DNA of 64,000 nt from NCBI GenBank assembly GCA_051294375.1, contig CM119270.1, positions 13,549,833 to 13,613,832 of the forward strand. Reading direction: 5' to 3'. The notes under the pieces are model-generated. The model ran no database searches. It was not told where the DNA came from and saw only the letters and a program-made list of their open reading frames with translations. The translations under genes were made by a program, and so were the position numbers. Source of the stretch: Paraspadella gotoi. Its lineage: Eukaryota; Animalia; Chaetognatha. Positions 30,766 through 42,800 of the stretch are shown here, in pieces (position 1 is the first letter of the stretch; each line of letters starts with the position of its first letter).

Positions 30766-31126
30766 GAGGCTTTTTCTTCTTCACTCATTTTCTCTCTCGT
30801 CTTTTCAATTATTTCACTTCTTTTCCCCTTGCCTCATTTTCTTTAAACCTTCTTTCATTTTTCTTTCCCTTTTTTTTCTTTCCTCCATTCACACTAAAAC
30901 AGCGAATCTCCGACGGGCATCGAACTATTTTGTCATAAGATAATTGGCAACAGAAAGCGACGGTGACATGGATGTCTTTTGTTTTTTCAAATCTTCAAAC
31001 CTGTCGCTTTTTTTGGCTTTTTTTTTTTTACGCATGAACTCGTTATCTCGCTTCGGTTCGGTTGATTTGACCTTACCTGAACCTTTCCTTACCCAGAATA
31101 CGCGGAATATTTTTGACGGTTCCATT

Positions 31127-31211
31127 GGGATTCCTCCCAACAGGATTCCTCCCCAAGGGATTCCTCCCCAAGGGATTCCTCCCAATAGAATTGCTCCCAC
31201 ACGGGATTCCT
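31127..31211 (+). repeat. ~14-15 bp minisatellite running into an N gap
   Basis: GGGATTCCTCCCCAA-like units. Confidence 0.8.
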
Positions 31212-32916
31212 NNNNNNNNNNNNNNNNNNNNNNNNNNNNNNNNNNNNNNNNNNNNNNNNNNNNNNNNNNNNNNNNNNNNNNNNNNNNNNNNNNNNNNNNN
31301 NNNNNNNNNNNNNNNNNNNNNNNNNNNNNNNNNNNNNNNNNNNNNNNNNNNNNNNNNNNNNNNNNNNNNNNNNNNNNNNNNNNNNNNNNNNNNNNNNNNN
31401 NNNNNNNNNNNNNNNNNNNNNNNNNNNNNNNNNNNNNNNNNNNNNNNNNNNNNNNNNNNNNNNNNNNNNNNNNNNNNNNNNNNNNNNNNNNNNNNNNNNN
31501 NNNNNNNNNNNNNNNNNNNNNNNNNNNNNNNNNNNNNNNNNNNNNNNNNNNNNNNNNNNNNNNNNNNNNNNNNNNNNNNNNNNNNNNNNNNNNNNNNNNN
31601 NNNNNNNNNNNNNNNNNNNNNNNNNNNNNNNNNNNNNNNNNNNNNNNNNNNNNNNNNNNNNNNNNNNNNNNNNNNNNNNNNNNNNNNNNNNNNNNNNNNN
31701 NNNNNNNNNNNNNNNNNNNNNNNNNNNNNNNNNNNNNNNNNNNNNNNNNNNNNNNNNNNNNNNNNNNNNNNNNNNNNNNNNNNNNNNNNNNNNNNNNNNN
31801 NNNNNNNNNNNNNNNNNNNNNNNNNNNNNNNNNNNNNNNNNNNNNNNNNNNNNNNNNNNNNNNNNNNNNNNNGCTTGGCCTTCTCCGTGAAGACTCTCTC
31901 TCTATCTCTCTCTCTCTCTCTATCTCTCCTCTCTCTCTCTCTCTTCTCTCTCTCTGCTCTCTTCTCTCTCTCCCTCTCTCTCTGTTTCGTTTTTCTTTTT
32001 TTTTTTCCCTTCTATAATCATTCCCAAACTACCTTTTCACTCCATCTCCTCATCTCCTCTTTAATCATGTCCTCTACTTCCCCCCCTCGTCCACTTTCCC
32101 CCCCCCTCCACTTCTTCCGGTCTCCTCCGCAAAGAAAGTCCGAAAGATCGATGTTGTTCGAATCGGAAGCATGCCACAGCGAGGAGGAGGAGGAGGTTTA
32201 GGAGGAGGAGGGGGCGGGTGATCATCGAAGGGGCGTGATAAAGGGGCAACGGGGTGAGAGGGGCCGCTGGCGACGAGGTCGGCAGGGGCGAGTCACCCAC
32301 GCGAATCGCCAACGAGGAAGAACGAGACTTTTTCCGCTCGAAATGGCATCGGGATCTATGAGGCCGAGAACGGCCGATACTGAAAAGATTTATGCCGGGG
32401 AATGGCCGATACTCGGAAAATAAATGCCGAGATTCGTCGATACTGGAAAGAGTTATGCCGAGGAATGGCCGAGACTGGAAATATAGCTCACAAAATTGGT
32501 TAATAATGGAAAAATTTATCCCTTATGCCAATACCGGAAAAAATAAAACCTGAGTTCGGTCTAGGCAGGAAATATTTAGGACGAAAATTGTAGGAAACGT
32601 TTAATGTATGAAAATTAAAATATATTAAAACGCAAACTGTTTATAATTTCGTTGAAAATATCAGTCGCCATGATTAATTGAGAGACAAATGTTGACATGA
32701 TAAATGTTTCAGTTATGTTAGAGGTTAAAGTTGGATACTGGAAAGTGAAATGCATCAATCCGTAGGTCCGTGTGCAATGCCGGAAATTGACATGATCTCC
32801 AGTCCATATCTCGAAGACTTAATCTAAAAATAGAGAAAAAAGGAAAATACTCATAAAGGACTCATTTAATGCATCACGAGAGATTTAGTTAATGAATTCC
32901 GGAGAACTCGGCTCTC

Positions 32917-33218
32917 GCGTCGGCACGGGCGTCGGCTCGGGCGTCGGCTCGGGCGTCGGCACGGGCGGCGGGCTGGCGTCGGCAACGGGCGTCGGCACGG
33001 GGCGTCGGCTTCGGGCGTCGGTTCGGGCGTCGGCATTGAGCGTCGCTCGGGCGTCGTCTCGCGTCGGCACGGGCGTCGGCTCGGGCGGTCGGCTCGGGCG
33101 TCGGCACGGTGCGGGCGTCGCGCACGGGCGTGGCACGGGGCGTCGGTCGGCGCGGCGTTGACGCGTCGGCTCGGGCGTCGGCTCGGGCGTCGGCACGGCG
33201 TCGGGCACGGGCGTCGGC
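32917..33218 (+). repeat. GC-rich 12-bp minisatellite
   Basis: Unit GGGCGTCGGC(AC/TC) repeated with indel variants; it explains the PTPEPTP-type ORFs. Confidence 0.9.
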
Positions 33219-33321
33219 CTTGGATCCTTGGAAACATGGAAAAATTCAAATTCTTTTTTTTTCTCCTCTGGAATCATATCGGCTTGATGTATTTATTCAT
33301 CAGTAATCGAGATGGCAGAGG

Positions 33322-33354
<33 letters not shown>

Positions 33355-33371
33355 AGAGAGAAGAGATGAGA

Positions 33372-33404
<33 letters not shown>

Positions 33405-33729
33405 GAAGAGAGCAAAACCCACCCAAATCTTATTTCTTAGTCCCCTGGTCTCCTTTTGTTAGCCGGTAAGCCCGTCTCTCAACAAAAAAAATCCTTTTTC
33501 CACCAAATTCCATTAAATCGAATGATTCCGAAACTTCATCCCCTTAAAACCTTCGTTGCCCGAAACCGCGCCGGCAAAAAAAAAAATGGGCTGGAGGCCG
33601 GCTGGGGTTGGAGAAGGGCGTGCCGCCGTGGCGCGGGCGATGGAGAAGAATCGTGGCGTCGACGGGGTGTTGGGTTTTTTTTAGGGGGCGGGGAAGTAAC
33701 CCTGTGTTCCGGTGAGTTGACAACAGGGA

Positions 33730-33969
33730 CAGTTAGGGTGGCCATTTGAAGCCAGATTTGAGTTAGGGTGGCCATTTTAAGACAGATTTGAATTAGGGTG
33801 GCTATTTGAAGACAGATTTGAGTTAAGGTGGCCATTTGAAGATTGGATTTGAGTTAGGGTGGCCATTTGAAGACAGATTTGAGTTAGGGTGGCCATTTGA
33901 AGACAGATTTGAGTTAGGGTGGCCCTTTTAAGACATATTTGAGTTAGGGTGGCCATTTGAAGACAGATT
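33730..33969 (+). repeat. 30-bp minisatellite, ~8 copies
   Basis: Unit GAGTTAGGGTGGCCATTTGAAGACAGATTT repeated in tandem with no spacers. Confidence 0.93.
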
Positions 33970-34122
33970 AAGGGTAGTGAACTTAGAAGGAGGGAGAAGA
34001 GAATGAAGAGGAGGATGTAACGAGAAATAGTTGGAGGAGGAAGAGTTTAAAGAAGAGGAAGAGGATTACTGGGGAGACTCCCTCTTCTCCGATATTAATG
34101 GATTCTTGATGGCAGTCTCCCA

Positions 34123-34165
<43 letters not shown>

Positions 34166-36113
34166 TCACTCTTCTGTGGCAGGAACGATTTAGAGGCGGC
34201 GGGACTATAAATCCGCGCATGAAGTATTGGAACAAAAGGGAAGCGGTGGACATTAGAAGGAAATAAAAGGGAAAGGGGAAGATTGAAAACAGCAATCATT
34301 GCTGAAGGAAAAGTAAATATGCTGAGAGAAAAATTCCCAAATTTCTTTGAAGAAAATTAGTGCTGTATGCATATTTAAATCCTTATATTGTTTTATATCT
34401 GACAGAAGTGTAAAGAATTTGGTTTACTGTCGTACAAAAGAAACTAGAAGATAATCTTTAGAGGAGAGATATAAACCAAACGAAAACAAACCGAATATTC
34501 GAGCGGAGTAATAAAATGGAAAAAGGGAATAATAAAACTCGTTTTTGAGTGAGGGAATAAAATAAGGAAAAGAGAAGAATAACAAAAGAAAGTATCAAAG
34601 CGGAACGCCGGAACCTCGCGACACGCTCTCACTCTCTCTCTCTCTCTCTCTCTCTCNNNNNNNNNNNNNNNNNNNNNNNNNNNNNNNNNNNNNNNNNNNN
34701 NNNNNNNNNNNNNNNNNNNNNNNNNNNNNNNNNNNNNNNNNNNNNNNNNNNNNNNNNNNNNNNNNNNNNNNNNNNNNNNNNNNNNNNNNNNNNNNNNNNN
34801 NNNNNNNNNNNNNNNNNNNNNNNNNNNNNNNNNNNNNNNNNNNNNNNNNNNNNNNNNNNNNNNNNNNNNNTTTTTTTTTTGTCTTCTTCTTCTCCGAAGT
34901 CGATTCGTTTTGAGCCGCGGAGATTCTGGTCGAAAAAAAAAACCGAGTTGGAGAATTATTGCTCTGAATTCCCAGAGAAGAAGAAAAAGCAAAANNNNNN
35001 NNNNNNNNNNNNNNNNNNNNNNNNNNNNNNNNNNNNNNNNNNNNNNNNNNNNNNNNNNNNNNNNNNNNNNNNNNNNNNNNNNNNNNNNNNNNNNNNNNNN
35101 NNNNNNNNNNNNNNNNNNNNNNNNNNNNNNNNNNNNNNNNNNNNNNNNNNNNNNNNNNNNNNNNNNNNNNNNNNNNNNNNNNNNNNNNNGAGAGAGAGAG
35201 AGAGAGAGAGAGAGAAAACATTTGCCTGGGAGGAACTTCTTGGAAAGACGAAGAAAACGCATTCGTCATGAAATGGTGAGGATAAAAATAGGGAAAAGAA
35301 AGGAAAAAATAAGGGAAAATTAAAGGAAAGAGAGAGGACGATACAAGATATATGGAGTGTGAGAAATAGTTAATAAAAACTGAACGAGAGAAGGAAACGA
35401 GAAAGAAAACGAGTAGATTGGAAAAAAGGTGGAATTTTCCGAGAAGTTGTGGCTCGAGATAGAATAGTTAAGAATGTCGTTGATAAATTAATAAATTAAA
35501 CTAATTTCTATTTTTATTTCGCCATCATTTATTTTTATAAACGGGACATTTTTCGTCACTCTTGTTAGCCAAAACATGTCCAGGTTATATGCACTGTCTT
35601 ACTTGAAATAAAAATAAAAATGAACTGGCCGAAACAGAACAAAAAGAAAGTATTAAAATTAAAACATCTAGACGATAGTATTAACCCAGTAACAAAGTTA
35701 CCAAAATAAAATGAATAACAAAAAAGTTTTGCGATAAATAAATTTGTTTTTCCATTAAATAAGTGACCCATATGTTCAATAGTTTTTTTCTTCGCCAATA
35801 TGGTTGCCATTTTTTTTTACCCTCGTCCATCTCAGCCGTCCGCTTTTGTTCGGACTGCAGGTAATCTAATTAAAAATTTAATGAGTTTTATGGAAAACGC
35901 GTCGGCCTCCTCGCGCTTCAGAAATAAAGTGGAACGATCCTTGATGCTGTTTTTTTATGGTTTTAATATTTCCCGCCGTAATTTTTTGAAAAAGCTTCTT
36001 TATCGTCGTACTCAACACGAATTACGCGCGCGGAATGACCCCAGTAAATAAATAATCCAGGGAAAGCTAGGAGGGTGGTAAGGGGAGGACGAGAGAGAGA
36101 GAGAGAGAGATGA

Positions 36114-36164
<51 letters not shown>

Positions 36165-36837
36165 TCGAGAGAGAGAGAGAGAGCGCCCCGAGACTGGCAG
36201 ATGCTCCACTGGAAACCAATCAAGAAGGCAAAGCGAAGGAAAGTTGAACTCCCCCCCACCAGATCAATTCCACCTTTTTTTATTTTTTCTTTTGTTTTTT
36301 CAGGAATTTTCTTTTTCGGTTTTTTTCTCTTTATTTTTCTCGCTCACTTCTTAAAATCAAGTACATATTTTGGCAAATGTTTCTAATATTTATACTTTTT
36401 ATGAGTAAATAATACATAAATGCAACAAAGACAAAAACTCAGATTTTTCTTTCTTCTTCCTCGATTTTTTTTCTTCAAAATTCTGTCTTCGAGAGGACAG
36501 GAACAAAGCACCTCGCTGTACTTCTCAAAAAATTTGAATATTTCGCACCAAAAAAAACCAGTTTTGAGACAAATAGGAACGACATTTTAAAGGGATACGT
36601 TTACTGACATTCTGACACGAGACATTGCAAATATAATATTATAATATCGCTTATATTATGAAGTTGGTACTCCCATATTTTATAGTATTCTACACATTTG
36701 CCGTATAGAACCATATCACGTCCATAACTAATTAAATTTTTCTTCTTCTCTTATTCCTTCCTCCTTTGCCTGACTCTTCTCCCCAATATCCTTCCCTATC
36801 CCACTTTTGACCCCCTCAACTACCCAACCTCCCGCAG

Positions 36838-39800
36838 GCCTGGTGATCAACATCATCCACTCTCTCTGCACTTGCGCCGAGCTGAGTTTTTCCGAGGAGA
36901 CGCTCCGAATTCTCCGTCTCTCCCTCACAGAATTTTCCCTGCCAAAGTTTTACCTTTTGTTCGGAATTTCTAAAGTCAAGTCGGCGGCGGTGACCGCCTT
37001 TCGGTCCACCTATCGGCACGGCGACCGAAACTTCGCCTTTTCCGCTCCAGATCAGGCGAGTGGGGAAACAAAAGATCAGCGTAAGAGTATGCTATTTTGG
37101 AAAATACATGGCATTTGTCTAGATAAAATACCTACTACTATAACGTAAAAATAAAAGAAAACAACAAAAAATTGCTCATTAAATTTAATCTATTAATCAA
37201 TAAATCAATCAATAAATCATCCTTGAATTACAGGAGCGAATGAGTCTGGCTTCGTTGGAGATGGCAACGGACGCTTTGCTCGAAATCATGGAAGCTTCCA
37301 TGCGCGACATACCCAATTGCCATTGGCTCCAGCAGTGGACCGAGCTCTCTAAAAGATTCGCTTTTCAGGTTCGCGAACACTGCGACTGGTAACCCTAAAA
37401 ATGACAATAATAATAATTCATAACATGCATTCGTTTTCAGTACAACCCGGCGATCCAACCCCGTGCCATCATCGTGTTCGGCTGCATATGTCAATCGATC
37501 GCCGAGGGCGAAATCAAGCAGCTTCTCCGCATCCTCGTCAAAGCTCTGGAGTCCTACAGGTTAGGCCTCCTGACACTATAATTTATTGATAAGATTTGAG
37601 TTCTGATTTTTCGGTTATCAGTATCATTTTTTTAATATTCATGCTTGTAAATTAATATATTATAAATCCAATCTGACAATTACATAGTTATTTTTACATT
37701 AATTTATTAAAGAATTTTTTATTTATATTATTTTTATTTATTCAATTATAAAATTTTATCGAATTTAACTTCTTATCTCTCCGTCCCTTACCTCCCACGC
37801 TCCATACCATTCCAGCGACCTGATGCTCATCGACGCTATCGTCATGTGCCTGACCCGACTGCAGCCTCTGCTGCGGCCCGATTCCGTCATCCACAAACAT
37901 CTCTTCTGGGTCGCAATCTCCGTTCTGCAGCTGGACGAGGTGAGGAGAGTATAATCGAGTTCGAGTCAAGCTGCTTGGCCTTAGATGCTTTATGAAAAGG
38001 CAATTTTACATGTATTATTAATTTGGAAGAAAAAAATTGGACACAGAGGGGGGTGCAGTCGTTCTGGCTCGATAGCGAGGCCCCGTGATATTTTCCGTCG
38101 TGCACCCTATTAGGCTCTTATAGTGGGGTGTGATTCCCAATTTTTTTCTTTTGTAAGTTTATTTCTTCATTCAAAATCAATCAAATCAAAATAATTCATT
38201 CAAAATTATTTTATAATATTTATTTTGAATTCGAATTTCCAAATTATTCTTTCTTAAGTGTTTGAAATTTATTTGAATTTATTTACTTATTTTGCTTAGG
38301 AAACCCTATACGCCTCCGGATTGGCGATGCTGGAACAGAATCTCCAAACGCTCGACAGTCAAGGAGCTTTTGACGAAAATCATCTGGACAGGTGGCGAAA
38401 CCAGTCGGTTGCCATTGGTAATCTGAGTACATTGTGTTAACTCGTTCATGAACTCGCCCATCCGTAATACAGGGTGATGCTGGAGACGCGAGAGCCTCTA
38501 GAATGGCACTTCAAGCAGCTCGACCACGCCATGGGGCTCAGTTTCAAAGCCAATTTCAATTTTGCTCTGGTCGGGCATCTTCTCAAAGGTAGGCTCTAAT
38601 AACGTCCAAATCTGCTGTTTAATTTTATTCATCGTAAAGATTTTTCCCGTTCAAGCAACTCTCGTTCTTTCTTTTACGATGTTTGTTGACTTGAAGTAGA
38701 AACGAAAGTGCGATATAATTTTGCTTTCAAAACAAAGCCGTAATGCATTAAATCCATTTAATTAACTGATTAATTGTTCCTCTCCTAAGGCTACCGCCAC
38801 CCCGATCAAACCACTGTGTCCCGCACAGTGCGCATTCTCAACACTCTCCTCGGCATCATAGCCAAACCGGACAAACGCGACCGCTACAGGGTGACGCGGG
38901 AAAGCGTCCCTTACCTGGCGGCGTTGGTGTCCGTTTCGGAGGAAGTCAGATCGCGACTGCACTCAAAGGTAAGTTCGAATCAATCGTGCAGATTGTGAGA
39001 ATATAGTATTTTCGAATCGGTGAAAATTGACCAAGGACATGTAGGCATGTACGTACGTATAGAAAAAAGGCTTGTACCTTTACTTAGTTTAGTTTTACTT
39101 AATCATTGTATTGTATACACACGAAATAAAATTAATTTTAATTTAAATGTTTTATTTAACATGAAATTTTGCGCACAGAATTTGGACCAAGGCATTCATT
39201 CGGCGCACAAGCAACGAATCCAGACTCACATCATCCCTCACATATCGACGACGCCCGCCTCCAGCACCGAACGACATCCGTCGGGTAAGATTTCTTCTTT
39301 TTTTTTTGACTAAATTTTCCGAACGTCTTTTGTTTTAAATATTTGTGGAATGTTTTCTTTTTAGGCGTCGGAGGGAGCAACGCGTCCATCTCTAGTCAAC
39401 TCCACGAATCCGCCTCGACGGAAAGCATCGGCAGTTCGGCCACGGGTAAATTAACTGTTTAATAAATATTCTATTGTTTTTTGAATAAATGCATATATTT
39501 TTATTTGGAGGTACTACGTTCCTATTTCATAAATCCTTTAAATATTTCTTTATAAATATTTACAAAGAACAAAAATCAAAATTTTTTATAATATTTTCAT
39601 TTTTTTACACGTGATATTTTTTTAAACGTTTTTTTAATAATTCTCCCTCAACCAGAAGGATCGACTCTCAACCCGGCCGACCTCTCCAGCCAGAAACACT
39701 GGCGAAGTCTCGACCTGGAGAACCCCTCCGGATGTCATCTGCTTAAGAACCAACAACGCAGCTGCTCCATGCCGAGTCCCGGGAACGGACCCGGCAAGGG

Positions 39801-42800
39801 TCCGCCGGAAATCCGGGAGCCGGAGGGCGGGACGGCCGCCTCGCCCGTGTCGACCGCGCAGGTGGCGGAGCCATGGGGTTGGGGGGGGGAAGGAAAATGA
39901 GTAATGCCATTACTCATTTTCCTAATGGAACGAAACAGAGCAATTAAAATTGAGACGTGGCGAGAGAGTGTAAATTTTAAAGGTTTACGAAATGACGATT
40001 TTCAATACGTTTTTGAATATATATATCTTTCCCCTGACAAATTTTTTTAAAGGTATTAAAATTTCTTGGCTGATTTAAAAAAGTTAAATTTTCGAAAGTT
40101 TCCACCGATGACTCTTCTTTAACCATTTTTATTCCATCCTTTCACTCACCCTCAAACTTACCTTCCCCTTATATTTCCACCCAGACTTCGTCCTCGACCC
40201 TCTGCGCCTCCAACTCTGTCCCGGGTTTCGTCGCCGCCCGGAAGAACCCGTCGACGATCTCCGCTCCGGCGATCGTTTTGCCGGAAGGCGGATCCGGTGA
40301 GAGGAGGGTTAGCCTGGGTTCGGATTGGGGTGGGGTGCAGGAAGGGGTGTTGCGTGGTTTACTACCGCCTGGGTTTTAAAATAGTAATAGCTATTATCGT
40401 GATTAAGAAATGGTTTAAAGTTTCGAGTCGTCTGTTTCTTGATCGTCGAATTTTAAGGCCGAAAGTCGGCAATTGTGTCTTCAGTGAATTTCCCTGGGGA
40501 GTGAGAGCGGAGTCAGTGAATATCATCCTATAGAGACGAAAAAATTAAAGAGTAAAGCTTTTATCACCGGGCCTCTACTCCATTTATCGGCCCAATGTAA
40601 CCCTACCGGCAACCACACCTCATCTCAGAATCTCCCATGTGCGACGATCACCCCGTGACCCGAGCGGAGAGCCCCGTTCCCGGCGCCAGAAGCCACGCCC
40701 CCGATAGTTCCGTGGTGGTGGGCGTGGTAGCGCCGGCGCCGCGCCAGGATCGCCTCCGCGCCGACGCCTCCGACCGGCGAAACTTTCTCGTCGATCCACA
40801 CATACTCGACACTTACCCGCTACAGGCGCTCGTCCCCACCATCTTGGCCACTTTGGTCAGGTTCACTTCGGACGAGAATGAGGTGAGGAGAAGGGAAAGG
40901 AAGAGGAAGAAGAAAGGGAAGAAGAAAAGGAAAAGAGAGCAGATGAAAACGAATATTAGTTCCAATCTTTACGTCCAATCACGCGCACTTTTCGTTCCTC
41001 TTAACTTATCTTTATTACTTACCTACCACTCTTCTTCTCGCCTAACTTACCTAGGCTCGAATTCTCTACTCTTACCTGGCTGAGGCCTCGGAGGCCTTTC
41101 CACGCGTCTTCCCCGTCATCCACTCTTTACTGGACGGAAGGATCAACAGCGTCCTGGCGCTCTGTCACGACCAGGTGAGGTCATTGACCTTACCAGTAGG
41201 AAATGGGGATGAACTTTTTTGTAATGTAATGTTTGACTTATAAAAAAGGTCATTCTGAGTTCCGTACAACGAATAATCCGCAACATGGTCGCCTCCTGCG
41301 TTGAGATGGATCATCATCAGCAGCAACAGCAGCTCACTTACCTTCAGGTTCGCGAAACAATGATTTTCGATCTCGGTTCCGCTTTTGATCGTTTTCTTCA
41401 TTTCTCCCTCTCTCCTTTAACAGAGCATCGGCTTTGGCGGTATTTGGCGTTTCGCGGGCAACTTCATCAAGAATCCGCAGAACCAAGAAAACGCGGAATT
41501 GTTCGTCAACTGTTTGGAGGCGATGGTGGAGACTTGTCTTCCTGGCAACGATGACGTCGCCGACACTCAGGTCAGTTGACGAATTCAAAGTTGATTCGAT
41601 TTCGATCATTGTCAAAAGACAATCAGAACTCTGTTAAAAATCAGGTTTTGAAATGGAGGGATTGTGGCGGTATATTCACACCGCCTCACGTCCACCATCC
41701 GTCAGCCAAATCCATTGGCTCAGAGGGGGAACACACCATCCCAGGCGTAGAGTTCCATCCACCAGTCCTAACGACTTCCCTCTGCGTTGGCAAAGCGAGA
41801 CCGTCCTAGGGTAACCGCGCCAGTGACTGAAGGCGTCACTGAGGGTCGGAAGCCCCCAAAGCCAACAGTGAGATGCCCATCCCAATGGGCATCACAGGCA
41901 ACCCGGCTGTTGCCATAGGATTGTCTTTGACAATGATCGAAATCGAATCAACTTTGAATTCGTCAACTGACCTGAGTGTCGGCGACGTCATCGTTGCCAG
42001 GAAGACAAGTCTCCACCATCGCCTCCAAACAGTTGACGAACAATTCCGCGTTTTCTTGGTTCTGCGGATTCTTGATGAAGTTGCCCGCGAAACGCCAAAT
42101 ACCGCCAAAGCCGATGCTCTGTTAAAGGAGAGAGGGAAATGAAGAAAACGATCAAAAGCGGAACCGAGATCGAAAATCATTGTTTCGCGAACCTGAAGGT
42201 AAGTGAGCTGCTGTGCTGCTGATGATGATCCATCTCAACGCAGGAGGCGACCATGTTGCGGATTATTCGTTTGTACGGAACTCAGAATGACCTTTTTTAT
42301 AAGTCAAACATTACATTACAAAAAAGTTCATCCCATTTCCTACTGGTAAGGTCAATGACCTCACCTGGTCGTGACAGAGCGCCAGGACTGCTGTTGATCC
42401 TTCCGTCCAGTAAAGAGTGGATGACGGGGAAGACGCGTGGAAAGGCCTCCGAGGCCTCAGCCGGTAAAGTAGAGAATTCGAGCCTAGGTAAGTTAGGCGA
42501 GAAGAAGAGTGGTAGGTAAGTAATAAAGATAAGTTAAGAGGAACGAAAAGTGCGCGTGATTGGACGTAAAGATTGGAACTAATATTCGTTTCATCTGCTC
42601 TCTTTTCCTTTCTTCTTCCCTTTCTTCTTCTCTTCCTTTCCCTTCTCCTCACCTCATTCTCGTCCGAAGTGAACCTGACCAAAGTGGCCAAGATGGTGGG
42701 ACGAGCGCCTGTTAGCGGGTAAGTGTCGAGTATGTTGTGGATCGACGAGAAGTACGCCTGTCGCTCGGGCTCGGCAGGAGTCCGCGAGCATTCCTGGCGC

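Noticed and set aside
32866-33388. Pro/Thr-rich or Gly-rich proteins
   Set aside because: They are translations of the 12-bp minisatellite in several frames.
33730-33969. 30-bp repeats as a CRISPR array or telomere
   Set aside because: There are no spacers or cas genes, the context is eukaryotic, and TTAGGG is not tandem.
41650-41920. Structured element as SRP RNA, RNase P RNA or an HDV ribozyme
   Set aside because: It shows only short coincidental similarities and lacks the conserved motifs. The twister-P5 fit explains the core fully.
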